A DNA stretch of 56,496 nucleotides from Alphaproteobacteria bacterium (GCA_044227605.1 JBGAWJ010000002.1:1-56496), one strand, 5' to 3'; positions 1 to 10,307 are shown, counted from the stretch's first letter. The notes: a model not told the origin generated them from the letters alone. Numbers and translations: made by a program.

Positions 1-630
1 CCGAAGCGGATTGTCAAGGTTTTGGAGACACTGGACGCTGATATTATCGGGTTGCAGGAGGTTGGGTGGTATCACGGTAAAGGGCAACGGATCAACCAGT
101 TTGATTTTTTACGCGAAGCCACGGGCTATGAGATGGTTCCTGGGTTGGTTCGAGACCATGAGAATGCCTGTTTTGGTAACGCGCTGCTTACGAAATATCC
201 GGTTAAAAGCTATGCCTGCATCAATTTGACCATTGCCGGATATGCGCCACGCGGGGCTATCCAGGCTATTTTGGAAACAAAGGTTGGCGAATTGCAGGTG
301 ATAGTTGTGCATTTGGGGTTAACCCCTTGGGAACGGTATCAGCAAATGAAAAAAATTGCCGATTTGGTCCGCCATAACCAATCAAAGCGGACGATTGTGA
401 TGGGGGACTTCAATCAATGGCTGCAACATACCGAAGCTTCCAGTCAAATTACCAGCCTGTTGCCTAAACAAATCCATGAATTGACTTTTCCAACCCGCTT
501 GCCGGTTGTAAGGCTGGACCGGATGTTCATGTCTGCTAATATTGAATTACTTAAACAAGGGACTTTAAAAGATGACACCACCAAAAAAGCCTCGGATCAT
601 TTTCCCTTATATGCTCAAGTTGCTTGGTAA
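1..630 (+). CDS. Endonuclease/exonuclease/phosphatase (EEP) family protein, YbhP-like. The 5' end is cut by the window edge.
   Basis: Frame 1 is open from nt 1 (PKRIVKVLETLDADIIGLQEV...). EEP motifs are present: GLQEV, a GDFN-type MGDFNQW, and C-terminal SDHFPL. It sits directly upstream of a cardiolipin synthase, as ybhP does upstream of clsB in E. coli. Confidence 0.8.
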   Translation, partial: PKRIVKVLETLDADIIGLQEVGWYHGKGQRINQFDFLREATGYEMVPGLVRDHENACFGNALLTKYPVKSYACINLTIAGYAPRGAIQAILETKVGELQVIVVHLGLTPWERYQQMKKIADLVRHNQSKRTIVMGDFNQWLQHTEASSQITSLLPKQIHELTFPTRLPVVRLDRMFMSANIELLKQGTLKDDTTKKASDHFPLYAQVAW

Positions 631-668
631 ATTTTAAATATTCTATTTCAATTTGGGGCAGGTAATTT

Positions 669-2078
669 TTGGTTTTTTGGGAAACATTTCTTTTCCCCTA
701 TTGGGGGTGGATAATTGGCAGTATTTTTGCCGTCTTCATCCTTTCCCATATGCTGCACCAGCGCCGTCCCCCTGCTAGCACGGTGGCCTGGTTGCTGGCC
801 ATTGTCCTTATTCCCTACATAGGCATCCCCCTATATATTTTATTTGGTGGCCGCAAAATACGGCAAATGGCCCAAAAGAAAGAAAAGATATTGTTGGGGA
901 AATTTGCAGAACTACCCCGCATTTCTGCCAAACCAGCCGATCGTTTTTTACGTTCCTACGGCTTACCCGGGGCAACCAGCAACAATCAAATCCAATTTCA
1001 TACAGATGGCCAACAATCCTACCAAGCTTTAATCGAATTAATTGACCGGGCCCAATATTCCATTCATTTAGCAACATTTATTTTAAGGGTGGATGAGGTT
1101 GGCAAGGATTTGCTCGAACGGTTAGAGAAAAAAGCCAAACAAGGGTTGGATGTAAGGTTGCTTTTAGATAGTTTCGGTTGCCGTCATGTCGTTTGGCGAT
1201 CTCTCAAACCCTTTCTAGATGCAGGTGGGCAAGTTGCTTACTTTATGCCTTTATTATTCCGCTCAATAAGGGCGTATTTGAAATTCCCCGGCAATGCCCA
1301 TCTTCGTAACCACCGCAAATTGGTGGTGGTGGATGGTATCGAGGTTTGGGCGGGTGGCGCCAACTTTACGGAGGAGTATATGGGATGGAGACCTTCTAGG
1401 AAACGTTGGAAAGATCTAACTTTCACGATTCAGGGGGAAGGGGCCAGGGTTTACCAAGAAATTTTCCGCAATGATTGGAATTTTGCTAGTGTTGATAAAC
1501 TACCGAAGCCAATCGAGCCAAAAAGGATGGTGGTTGCAGGCCAAGAAATTATACAGATTGTTCCATCCGGCCCTGATATACCCGAGGATCCTTTTTATAC
1601 AACCATTTTGATGGCCAGCTACACAGCAACGGAGCGGATATGGATCCTATCCCCCTATTTTATTCCGGACGAGGGGTTAATGAAGGCATGGACGGTGGCC
1701 ATCCACCGCGGTGTCGATGTACGTGTTATTGTGCCTAAAAAATCAAACCACTGGGCGGCAGATGTAGCGCGGGGAAGCTTTTTGCGGGATATCCAAAAGG
1801 CGGGAGGGACGGTTTTGCTTCATCACGGCGTTATGATGCACGCTAAAGCCCTGATCATAGATCAGGAATTGGCCGTGGCGGGCTCAGCCAACATGGATCC
1901 CCGCAGCTTGTTTTTTAATTATGAAGCGGTTTGTTTTCTTTATAGTCAAGGGGGGATTGCTGGGGTTGAAGCCTATATCACCTCCTTAATTAAATACTGC
2001 AAAGTAGGGGTTAGGCGGGTGAGCAAAATAAGGGAGATAGGAGCAGGTATTATCCGCTTATTTGCCCCCTTATTGTAA
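669..2078 (+). CDS. cls: Cardiolipin synthase (phospholipase D superfamily)
   Basis: 469 aa with two N-terminal hydrophobic helices and two HKD motifs (HRKLVVVDG...GGANF and HAKALIIDQ...GSANMD). The start is probably TTG at 669. Confidence 0.9.
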   Translation: MVFWETFLFPYWGWIIGSIFAVFILSHMLHQRRPPASTVAWLLAIVLIPYIGIPLYILFGGRKIRQMAQKKEKILLGKFAELPRISAKPADRFLRSYGLPGATSNNQIQFHTDGQQSYQALIELIDRAQYSIHLATFILRVDEVGKDLLERLEKKAKQGLDVRLLLDSFGCRHVVWRSLKPFLDAGGQVAYFMPLLFRSIRAYLKFPGNAHLRNHRKLVVVDGIEVWAGGANFTEEYMGWRPSRKRWKDLTFTIQGEGARVYQEIFRNDWNFASVDKLPKPIEPKRMVVAGQEIIQIVPSGPDIPEDPFYTTILMASYTATERIWILSPYFIPDEGLMKAWTVAIHRGVDVRVIVPKKSNHWAADVARGSFLRDIQKAGGTVLLHHGVMMHAKALIIDQELAVAGSANMDPRSLFFNYEAVCFLYSQGGIAGVEAYITSLIKYCKVGVRRVSKIREIGAGIIRLFAPLL

Positions 2079-2204
2079 GTAAAAAAACTTGGATTTATAA
2101 GGCCTATGCGCCTAGGGGTTGAGTGACAGTTGACTTCAAACGCAATTCGGTCAAGATTGGAAATCATGCTAAAGAAGTTGTGACAAGACGAGTACAACGA
2201 TAGG

Positions 2205-3371
2205 ATGTCAACCGTGGTTAAAATTGGTGTTATTACAGAAAAAGCCCTTAATGAAAATCGCGTTGCCGTCAGCCCGGACACAGTCCGCAAATTAAAGGCC
2301 TTGGGGGTTGATGTATGGATTGAAAGCGGGGCGGGCTTAAACGCCTCTTTTACCGATGATATGTTTGTTAAAGCGGGGGCCGTTATTCAACCCGAGGCAG
2401 CAGCGATTTTATCGCAAATAGATATTTTATTCAAGGTCCAGCAGCCTTTTGTCAACCTGTCCGAACAGGTTAACCAAATCAGTTTGCTCAAAGATCAAGC
2501 TATTGTCATTGGACTGTTATCGCCTTATACGCAAGCAGCTTCTTTTCCCTTTTATGAGGCTAGAAAAATCACCAGTTTTTCCTTAGAATTATTGCCGCGG
2601 ACAACCCGTGCCCAATCCATGGATGTGTTGTCATCACAAGCCAATTTAGCTGGATACAGGGCGGTTTTGGAAGCAGCCGATGCCTATGGCCGCAGTTTCC
2701 CTATGATGATGACGGCAGCGGGCACGATAGCGCCAGCCAGGCTGATGGTTATGGGTGCGGGAGTTGCTGGTTTGCAAGCGATTGCAACAGCCAGGCGTTT
2801 AGGCGCGATTGTTTCCGCAACCGACGTTAGGCCCGCAGCTAAAGAACAAGTGGAAAGTTTAGGGGCCAGCTTTGTTGCCGTGATGGATGAGGAATTTAAG
2901 GCTGCCGAGTCGGCAGCAGGTTATGCTAAACAAATGAGCCAAGCTTACCTAGAAAAACAGGCAGCCTTGATTGCGGAAACAATCAAAAAGCAAGACGTGG
3001 TGATCACGACCGCCCAAATTCCCGGTCGGCCAGCGCCCAAATTGATTACCAAAGCGATGGTTGAAACCATGAAATATGGCAGTGTGATTGTCGATTTGGC
3101 AGTTGAACAAGGGGGAAATTGCGAATTAAGTAGAGTTGGAGAAATCGTGATCCATCGAGGGGTCAAAATTATTGGCTACAGGAATTTGCCGTCACGCCTG
3201 GCTGAGGTTGCATCAAGCCAATATGCGAATAATATCTATCAGTTTTTCTTATTGTTGTTTAATAAAAGCGACCGTTTAGTTCAGATTCCTTGGGATGATG
3301 ATATTATTAAGGCAACCACCTTAACCCGTGACGGCCAAATAATCAACTCTGCTTTTCAGGTGAAAAAATGA
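2205..3371 (+). CDS. pntAA: NAD(P) transhydrogenase subunit alpha, part 1 (dI domain)
   Basis: 388 aa, alanine dehydrogenase/PNT fold with the Rossmann motif [20 protein letters not shown]. Followed by pntAB and pntB with ATGA overlaps. Confidence 0.95.
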   Translation: MSTVVKIGVITEKALNENRVAVSPDTVRKLKALGVDVWIESGAGLNASFTDDMFVKAGAVIQPEAAAILSQIDILFKVQQPFVNLSEQVNQISLLKDQAIVIGLLSPYTQAASFPFYEARKITSFSLELLPRTTRAQSMDVLSSQANLAGYRAVLEAADAYGRSFPMMMTAAGTIAPARLMVMGAGVAGLQAIATARRLGAIVSATDVRPAAKEQVESLGASFVAVMDEEFKAAESAAGYAKQMSQAYLEKQAALIAETIKKQDVVITTAQIPGRPAPKLITKAMVETMKYGSVIVDLAVEQGGNCELSRVGEIVIHRGVKIIGYRNLPSRLAEVASSQYANNIYQFFLLLFNKSDRLVQIPWDDDIIKATTLTRDGQIINSAFQVKK

Positions 3372-3769
3372 CCCCGAATGAATGGATCGAAAATGTCAGC
3401 CAAGGCCATAATCTGGTCATGGCGCTAACCGTTTTTGTGTTGGCCTGTTTTGTTGGCTATTATGTAGTTTGGCGGGTAACGCCTGCGTTGCACTCGCCGT
3501 TGATGGCGGTAACGAATGCCGTGTCGTCGATTATTATTGTTGGGGCATTATTGGCTATTAGCGGCTCTGTCCCGCTTTCCATGCAAATGCCCGATTTAAA
3601 CGGCGGCCCTCCGCTTTTCAAAGACGGCTCGCCCCCCCTTTTCACCCAAATTACCGGTTTCATAGCGATTATGCTGGCTTCCGTCAACATATTTGGGGGA
3701 TTTGTCATTACCGCCCGTATGTTGTCTAAATTTCGTTCTAAATCGAACATCAGCAGGAAGAAATCATGA
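3368..3769 (+). CDS. pntAB: NAD(P) transhydrogenase subunit alpha, part 2 (membrane dII part)
   Basis: 133 aa membrane protein with motifs [18 protein letters not shown] and [13 protein letters not shown]. Its start overlaps the pntAA stop. It carries an extra loop (see findings). Confidence 0.9.
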   Translation: MTPNEWIENVSQGHNLVMALTVFVLACFVGYYVVWRVTPALHSPLMAVTNAVSSIIIVGALLAISGSVPLSMQMPDLNGGPPLFKDGSPPLFTQITGFIAIMLASVNIFGGFVITARMLSKFRSKSNISRKKS

Positions 3770-5220
3770 ACTCCACCCAATCTGGATTGCTCTATCTGTT
3801 GGCGGGGGTTTTATTTATTTTTACCTTACGCGGTTTGTCAGCGCCAAGTTCTTCCAAATGGGGTAATCTATTTGGGGTGATCGGGATGATACTGGCCATT
3901 GCCACCACCATTTTCATCGTCCCTGACATCAATATTATTTTAGCAGCTTCTGCTATTCTGGCCGGTGGATGTATCGGCACTTTTATTGCCTTGCGCTTGC
4001 AAATGACTGCTTTGCCACAATTGGTTGCTGCCTTCCACAGTTTGGTTGGGTTGGCAGCAGTCTTGGTGGCTTTAGCAGCTTTTTATGCCCCTCAATATTA
4101 TGGGATTGCTGTTGCAATTCTCACCGGTCATATGGAGATTTTCACCGAGACACCATACTATCAGCCGCAATATGCGTTGATGATTAAAACGGGCAGTTTG
4201 ATCGAATTGGCTATTGGGTTGGCGATTGGCGCCATCACCTTCTCAGGGTCGCTGGTGGCATTTGCTAAATTGCAGGGGATTATTGGGGGATCTCCCTTGG
4301 TTTTCCGCGGACAGCATTTGCTAAACGCTTTATTGTTGCTTGGTGTGATTGTGTTGATTGTTTTTCTGGTGCGGGAACAATCTGAAGTGATCATCTGGTC
4401 ATTGGTAATCATTGCCATCCTATTCGGATTTCTATTGATCTTGCCAATTGGCGGCGCTGATATGCCAGTCATTGTTTCCATGTTGAATTCTTATTCCGGC
4501 TGGGCAGCTTGCGGCATCGGCTTCACCTTAAACAATTATCTTCTGATCATTACTGGCGCTTTGGTGGGTGCTTCTGGTGCTATCCTAAGCTATATTATGT
4601 GCAAGGGCATGAACCGCTCTATTATCAAGGTCATATTGGGTGGGTTTGGCGGGTCTGCGGCTGCCAGTGCTACAGGCCCCAAAGGGCCAGATAAACCCAT
4701 CAAAACCGGCAGTGCCGAAGATGCCGCTTTCATCATGAAAAATGCCCGTTTGGTCGTTATTGTACCAGGTTATGGGATGGCGGTCGCCCAGGCTCAACAT
4801 ATCCTAAGGGAAATGACTGACCTGTTGAAAAAAGAAGGGGTGCGGGTGGCTTACGCCATTCACCCGGTTGCTGGCCGCATGCCAGGACACATGAATGTGT
4901 TACTGGCGGAAGCCAATGTTCCTTATGACGAAGTTTTTGAATTGGATGATATTAATCCTGAATTTGCGACCGCTGATGTGGCTTTCGTTATAGGGGCCAA
5001 TGATGTTACGAATCCCTCCGCGAAAACCGACCGCACCAGTCCTATTTACGGGATGCCAATTTTAGAGGTTGAAAAAGCAAAAACCGTGCTTTTTGTTAAA
5101 CGCTCGATGGCATCGGGATATGCAGGGGTTGAAAATCCCTTATTTTTCCGTGATAATACACTCATGTTGTTTGGTGATGCCAAAAAAGTTTGTGAAAATA
5201 TCGTGAAAGCCTTGGCATAG
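3766..5220 (+). CDS. pntB: NAD(P) transhydrogenase subunit beta
   Basis: 484 aa. Polytopic N-terminal half and a conserved dIII NADP(H) domain ([13 protein letters not shown]...[18 protein letters not shown]...GANDVTNP). Confidence 0.95.
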   Translation: MNSTQSGLLYLLAGVLFIFTLRGLSAPSSSKWGNLFGVIGMILAIATTIFIVPDINIILAASAILAGGCIGTFIALRLQMTALPQLVAAFHSLVGLAAVLVALAAFYAPQYYGIAVAILTGHMEIFTETPYYQPQYALMIKTGSLIELAIGLAIGAITFSGSLVAFAKLQGIIGGSPLVFRGQHLLNALLLLGVIVLIVFLVREQSEVIIWSLVIIAILFGFLLILPIGGADMPVIVSMLNSYSGWAACGIGFTLNNYLLIITGALVGASGAILSYIMCKGMNRSIIKVILGGFGGSAAASATGPKGPDKPIKTGSAEDAAFIMKNARLVVIVPGYGMAVAQAQHILREMTDLLKKEGVRVAYAIHPVAGRMPGHMNVLLAEANVPYDEVFELDDINPEFATADVAFVIGANDVTNPSAKTDRTSPIYGMPILEVEKAKTVLFVKRSMASGYAGVENPLFFRDNTLMLFGDAKKVCENIVKALA

Positions 5221-5279
5221 AGCAGCATAGCTGAAAAACTTCAGGCAATCAGTTCAACAAGAATATAGGAGAGAAAAAG

Positions 5280-5540
5280 ATGCGGGCCGATTTTTTGAAA
5301 AAAACATTCTTTATTGTAGCCTTCCTTGGTTTTGCCACATCGGGCCAGGCGCAAACAGCTGATTGTGCGCGTGATATCAAGCAAGTGCAAAGCGCCCTGG
5401 CTAATCAAAAAGATGCGAATGTGACCAAAATGGTGCAGCAGATGTTGCGGGATGCCAATGATGAATTAACGGTCGAAAAGGATGAGGCGGAATGTCGCGC
5501 CATTATAGCCGAGGCAAAAAAATTGTTGAAGTTGAAGTAA
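5280..5540 (+). CDS. Hypothetical small secreted protein
   Basis: 86 aa with an N-terminal signal-peptide-like segment (FFIVAFLGFATSGQAQT). The mature part is helical, charged and has two Cys. A strong terminator follows. No family recognised. Confidence 0.55.
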   Translation: MRADFLKKTFFIVAFLGFATSGQAQTADCARDIKQVQSALANQKDANVTKMVQQMLRDANDELTVEKDEAECRAIIAEAKKLLKLK

Positions 5541-5566
5541 TTTTCTACCTACCCTAGATAACAAGA

Positions 5567-5601
5567 TGGCCGCGCCTTAAAAGGCCGGCCACTATTATTT
5601 T
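5567..5601 (+). terminator. Rho-independent terminator after the small secreted-protein gene
   Basis: GC-rich inverted repeat TGGCCGCGCC-TTAAAA-GGCCGGCCA followed by CTATTATTTT. Confidence 0.6.
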
Positions 5602-5635
5602 GAGCCAGCTATTTTAATTTTCACAGGTTTTTTCA

Positions 5636-6680
5636 TTGATGACCAATCTACTAAATATCGTTATTGCAGGGGCAACCGGTACCATCGGCAAAGAAGTTCT
5701 TGGCATATTTGCGGAACGTAATTTCCCCTCAAGCCAAATTATTGCCTTGGCTTCTTCCAATTCCATTGGTCAAGAAATTTCTTATGGCGAGGAAAAAATC
5801 CTTAAAATTCAAGGATTGGAAAATTTTGATTTCCAAAAGGCAGCATTGGTGATTTTTTGTACCCCTGCAGCTATTAGCCAGAAATATATGGGTAAAGCTT
5901 TGGCCGCTAATTGCCGCGTCATTGCCCTTGCAAATGCCTCATTTCTGCCCGCTAATAGTTCATATGTGATACCAGAGGTTAATGGCTCCCTTCTTGCCAA
6001 CCATCAAACACCCGTCTTCCTGACCCCAAATCCTGGCGCTATCATGTTGGCATTGGTATTGCAGCCTTTTATTAAAAATGGCGGGATAACGCAAGCTGTG
6101 GTTACCTTGCTTCAGGCTGTTTCGGGAGGTGGGCGGGAAGCCATGGATGAGTTATTTACCCAAACCCGTGCTATTTACATGAATGCCATCATGCAAAAGC
6201 GGCATTTTACCAAACAGATTGCCTTCAATCTCATCCCCCATATTGGCGAATTTACGAAAGAAGGTGGATCAGCTCCAGCAGGTTTTCAGGATATCCCTGC
6301 CATTATCGGTCACTTGTGTTCAGGTGCCAATCTTTATTGGCTATGCGGCAACTATTCATTTGACCTTGCCACGACCTTTTTCGTTAGCGGAAGTCAAAAA
6401 ATTGTTGGAACAATCGCCGGGTGTTTCCGTGGTTGACCATCGGCGTGCGGAGGGGTATGTCACACCGGTTGAAACTGCAGGCGAAGAAGCGGTTTTTATC
6501 AGCCGTATCCGGGTATCAGGGAATCAGGTAGTATTTTGGATGGCTGCGGATAATTTAAGGCGGGGGGCAGCCTTAAATATTGTCCAAACCGCAGAAAAAT
6601 TGTTAAAGCAAACCCCTTTGATCGAAGAAAATAAGAATGTCTTAGAAAAAACCAAGAAGACCGCTTCTTCAAAAAAATAG
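5636..6680 (+). pseudogene. asd: Aspartate-semialdehyde dehydrogenase-like gene, frameshifted and lacking catalytic residues
   Basis: The N-terminal part is in frame 2 (5636-~6260: IVIAGATGTIGKEV..., VIPEVN, QAVSGGGREAMDEL, FNLIPHI). The C-terminal part is in frame 3 (~6260-6680: SVTCVQVPIFIGY..., GYVTPVE, ISRIR, DNLRRGAALNIVQTAE). The frames join near 6255-6265. The expected NPNCST reads NPGAI, and the expected VPVxxGH reads VPIFIGY. Confidence 0.75.
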
Positions 6681-6816
6681 GATGGTTATAGATGAATGGT
6701 TGATTTTCTGAAAACTCGGCGTACATTGTATAGTGAGGATAGATAAAAAATAGCAACCGCGGGCACTGATAATTAGGTAGGCGGGCGAGATAAAACCGAT
6801 ATATACGTCCTTAAAA

Positions 6817-7671
6817 ATGGGGAAAAACATGACAATCAAATCAATTCTGGCTTTCATTACAGGCGAAGAACAAGATGTACCAACTTTGTGGCAAGCGGTG
6901 CAGCAGGCCAAAAACTTTCAGGCGCAACTTGATATTTTGCATGTAAAACCGGATAGCAGGGAAATAATGCCGATCATCGCTGACGGCATGTCTGGTTTAG
7001 CCATTGAACAAATGGTCACATCGGTTTTGCAATCAGCCGACGAACGGGCAAAAAAAGCCAAAGCCACCGCGGAAAAAATCGTTGCTGAAAATAACCAGCA
7101 AATCAAAGTTTCTTTCCAGATAGTCCAGGGGGCTGAGGCCAATGTTTGGGGTTTGTCAGGGCGCTTTGCTGATCTTACTATTTTCAGTCGCCCCGGCAAT
7201 AATAATGCCAGTATGGGCAATGGTGGGATAGATGCCATTTTGTTTGAAACCGGCCATCCTTCCTTAATGGTTCCCCCCGTGAAAGCGGAAGCAAAGAATG
7301 CTGATATTGCTGCCAATCCGGTGATCGCCTGGAATGGCAGTGTGCAGGCGGTTCGTGCCGTGACGGCGGCTTTGCCCTTTCTTCAAAAATCAGCGATGGT
7401 AACCATCTTAAATGGGACGGCCAATGCGGAAATGGGCGGCAATCGCTTGGTCAAATGGTTATCCGCACATAAAATAAAAACAACGATGAAGAATTTTGAT
7501 CCGGGCAGCCGGGCTATAGGTAGTGCTTTGTTAGAAGAAGCAGGATTGGTTGGCGGTACCATGTTGGTGATGGGAGCGTATGGTCACAGCCGGTTGCGCC
7601 AGTTTATTTGGGGTGGTGCCACCCGCGAGATGCTGCAAATCGCCTCTTTGCCTATTTTATTGGCCCATTAA
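6817..7671 (+). CDS. Universal stress protein family protein (tandem USP domains)
   Basis: 284 aa. The C-terminal signature MLVMGAYGHSRLRQFIWGGATREMLQIASLPILLAH is typical of UspA-family proteins. Confidence 0.8.
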   Translation: MGKNMTIKSILAFITGEEQDVPTLWQAVQQAKNFQAQLDILHVKPDSREIMPIIADGMSGLAIEQMVTSVLQSADERAKKAKATAEKIVAENNQQIKVSFQIVQGAEANVWGLSGRFADLTIFSRPGNNNASMGNGGIDAILFETGHPSLMVPPVKAEAKNADIAANPVIAWNGSVQAVRAVTAALPFLQKSAMVTILNGTANAEMGGNRLVKWLSAHKIKTTMKNFDPGSRAIGSALLEEAGLVGGTMLVMGAYGHSRLRQFIWGGATREMLQIASLPILLAH

Positions 7672-7792
7672 CCATTGGCCGACCATTCATGGATTGTGTG
7701 AAGGATTTTTTCATCATGCTTTTAAAAGAACGTGGTCTCTTTTCCTTTTTCTTAAGGACAGATGGCGTTAGAAATATGGTTGCTTATTCCAA

Positions 7793-7821
7793 TTGACACT
7801 ATTGGGCGGGCGCGCTAAACC
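7793..7821 (+). promoter_or_regulatory. Candidate sigma70-type promoter for the sdh operon
   Basis: TTGACA (7793-7798), a 17-nt spacer, then TAAACC (7816-7821). The -10 is weak and this is pattern only. Confidence 0.25.
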
Positions 7822-7869
7822 ATTATGGCCAAATTACTGGCGTATCTTGCTTTTATGGTGAGCGATAAC

Positions 7870-8241
7870 ATGCCAAGACCCCTATCACCCCATTTACACA
7901 TTTACCGGTGGCAGTTAACCTCGGTTATGTCCATTCTGCACCGGATGACAGGGATTTCCTTGGTTATAGGATCCTTGCTTTTGGTTTATTGGCTGTGTTC
8001 CGCTGCGTTGGGTGAGGCAGCATACCAAATCGCCCAGGGATTCTTAGTATCTTGGGTCGGATTGATTGCATTGATTGGTTGGAGCTTTGCCTTTTACTTT
8101 CATTTCGCAAATGGCCTCAGGCACTTATTTTGGGATATAGGGCGTGGATACAGTCTACCTAGTGTGTACCGTAGCGGCTGGGGGGCCATTGCTGCGGCTT
8201 TTATTTTGACAATCATTACATGGGTTATCGTTCTTCTTTGA
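7870..8241 (+). CDS. sdhC: Succinate dehydrogenase cytochrome b556 subunit
   Basis: MPRPLSPHLHIYRW... and ILHRMTG motifs, three TM helices, first gene of sdhCDAB. The ORF is open from 7825, but ATG 7870 fits homologue N-termini. Confidence 0.9.
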   Translation: MPRPLSPHLHIYRWQLTSVMSILHRMTGISLVIGSLLLVYWLCSAALGEAAYQIAQGFLVSWVGLIALIGWSFAFYFHFANGLRHLFWDIGRGYSLPSVYRSGWGAIAAAFILTIITWVIVLL

Positions 8242-8251
8242 AAGGGATATT

Positions 8252-8614
8252 ATGAAAGACCTGCATCAAGAACCCCATTCAGGTGAAGCGGTTTCCCATT
8301 GGTGGAAGCAACGCCTAACAGCTATTGCCTTGATTCCTTTAAGTTTGTGGTTTGTGATCAGCCTGTTGTTGCATATAAATGCGGATTATCAAGATTTCCT
8401 ATTATGGCTGCGTACACCTTGGACAGCAACCCTGATGGTGTTGTTTTTAGCAAGCCTTTTCTATCATGGATATTTAGGAATCCAGGTAGTTGTGGAAGAT
8501 TATGTGTCCCACTTGGGTTGGCGGGTATTTTGGTTGATATTTTGTAAATTTATTTGCGTTGGGGTTGCCTTATTATCGATTATTTCCGTTCTTCTGATTG
8601 CATTAAGGGGTTAA
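8252..8614 (+). CDS. sdhD: Succinate dehydrogenase hydrophobic membrane anchor subunit
   Basis: 120 aa, three TM helices, heme-ligand region FYHGYLGIQVVVEDY, positioned between sdhC and sdhA. Confidence 0.9.
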   Translation: MKDLHQEPHSGEAVSHWWKQRLTAIALIPLSLWFVISLLLHINADYQDFLLWLRTPWTATLMVLFLASLFYHGYLGIQVVVEDYVSHLGWRVFWLIFCKFICVGVALLSIISVLLIALRG

Positions 8615-8656
8615 AATGGCTGATCAGCCTTCTGTTGCCAAACCCGCAGCCATACA

Positions 8657-10297
8657 GTGGCTGCCCAAGGGGGGATCAGTGCCGCTTTAGGTAATATGGG
8701 CGCTGATGATTGGCGCTGGCATATGTATGATACGATTAAAGGTTCGGATTGGTTGGGCGATCAGGATGCCATTGAGTTTATGGTGCGTGAAGCAGCACCA
8801 GCGATCATTGAACTTGAGCATTACGGCGTGCCGTTTAGCAGGACGGCGGAGGGGAAAATTTACCAAAGGCCTTTCGGGGGGATGACTACGGAATATGGCA
8901 AAGGAATTGCCCAGCGCACCTGTGCCGCAGCGGATCGGACAGGACATGCCATTCTGCACACCTTATATCAACAAGCCCTTAGGCATTCTGCCGAATTTTT
9001 TATTGAATATTTTGTTTTGGATTTGATTTTTGATGCGCAAGGGACTTGCCGCGGGGTAGTGGCTTGGAACTTAGATGACGGTACCATCCACCGCTTCCAC
9101 TCTCATATGGTTATCTTGGCGACTGGGGGATATGGGCGGGCTTATTTTTCCTGTACCTCTGCCCATACTTGTACGGGTGATGGCAATGCGATGGTTTTGC
9201 GAGCGGGATTGCCTTTGCAGGATATGGAGTTTGTGCAGTTTCATCCAACTGGTATTTACGGTGCGGGGTGCTTAATCACTGAAGGGGTCAGGGGTGAGGG
9301 CGGATATTTGACTAATTCCGTGGGCGAACGTTTTATGGAGCGTTACGCGCCAGCGGCCAAGGATTTAGCATCACGTGACGTGGTCAGCCGTTCCATGACC
9401 ATCGAAATTCGCGAGGGACGCGGTGTGGGCAAATTAAAAGATCACATTTACCTGCATTTAGAACATCTAGATCCCAAGATGATTAATGAAAAATTACCCG
9501 GCATTGCGGAAACCGCCCGTATTTTCGCAGGCGTTGATGTGACCCGTCAACCAATCCCTGTTATCCCGACCTGCCATTATAACATGGGCGGTGTGCCTAC
9601 CAATTACCGGACAGAGGTTGTCACCTTAAAAAACGGCAATCCCGATCATGTCGTGCCGGGCTTGATGGCTATCGGCGAGGCGGCTTGCGTTTCCGTCCAT
9701 GGGGCCAACCGACTGGGGTCGAATTCATTGCTTGATTTAGTGGTTTTCGGTCGGGCAGCTGCTAAGCGTTGTGCCGAATTGATTAAGCCGAACTCTCCCC
9801 ATCCTGAGCCGCCAAAAGATGCACAAGATTTATCTTTAACCCGATTGGATTATTTTAGGCAGGCCAAGGGGAAAACCTTGCCTGCTGCTTTAAGGCTCGA
9901 AATGCAGCGGATTATGCAAAATGATTGCGGGGTTTTCCGCAGCGGCGATATTTTACAAAATGGTTTAAAAGCTATGAATGAGGCTTGGGAAAAGCGTCAT
10001 GACCTGTTGCTGCATGACCGGTCATTAATTTGGAACAGCGATTTAGTGGAGATGCTTGAGTTAGACAATTTGCTGTATCAGGCCATGGCCACCATTCATT
10101 CGGCCGCGCAACGCAAGGAAAGCCGTGGGGCACATGCGCGTGAGGATTATCCGCAGCGTAATGATGACCAATGGCTCAAGCATACTATCATCTGGCTGAC
10201 AGAAAAGGGTAGGCCCACGATTGATTTCCGGCCTGTCCATTTGCAGCCCTTAAGTAAAGACGTTCCATCCTTTCCGCCCAAAGCGCGCGTTTATTAG
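8657..10297 (+). CDS. sdhA: Succinate dehydrogenase flavoprotein subunit, apparently 5'-truncated (N-terminal FAD dinucleotide-binding motif missing)
   Basis: Highly conserved SdhA sequence from (TRSHT)[13 protein letters not shown] onward ([42 protein letters not shown]). The only in-frame start is GTG 8657. No GxGxxG segment lies between the sdhD stop (8614) and this point. Confidence 0.85.
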   Translation: MAAQGGISAALGNMGADDWRWHMYDTIKGSDWLGDQDAIEFMVREAAPAIIELEHYGVPFSRTAEGKIYQRPFGGMTTEYGKGIAQRTCAAADRTGHAILHTLYQQALRHSAEFFIEYFVLDLIFDAQGTCRGVVAWNLDDGTIHRFHSHMVILATGGYGRAYFSCTSAHTCTGDGNAMVLRAGLPLQDMEFVQFHPTGIYGAGCLITEGVRGEGGYLTNSVGERFMERYAPAAKDLASRDVVSRSMTIEIREGRGVGKLKDHIYLHLEHLDPKMINEKLPGIAETARIFAGVDVTRQPIPVIPTCHYNMGGVPTNYRTEVVTLKNGNPDHVVPGLMAIGEAACVSVHGANRLGSNSLLDLVVFGRAAAKRCAELIKPNSPHPEPPKDAQDLSLTRLDYFRQAKGKTLPAALRLEMQRIMQNDCGVFRSGDILQNGLKAMNEAWEKRHDLLLHDRSLIWNSDLVEMLELDNLLYQAMATIHSAAQRKESRGAHAREDYPQRNDDQWLKHTIIWLTEKGRPTIDFRPVHLQPLSKDVPSFPPKARVY

Positions 10298-10307
10298 GGG
10301 ACCTGCT

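Noticed and set aside
6183-6680. 165-aa ORF treated as an independent gene
   Set aside because: Its first 25 or so codons are out-of-frame read-through. From SVTCVQVP onward it is the C-terminal half of the asd-like gene, so it was merged into one frameshifted locus.
8616-8690. 24-codon [27 protein letters not shown] as a separate small gene
   Set aside because: It overlaps the sdhA reading frame. It is best explained as the stranded original sdhA start codon left out of frame by the 5' deletion.
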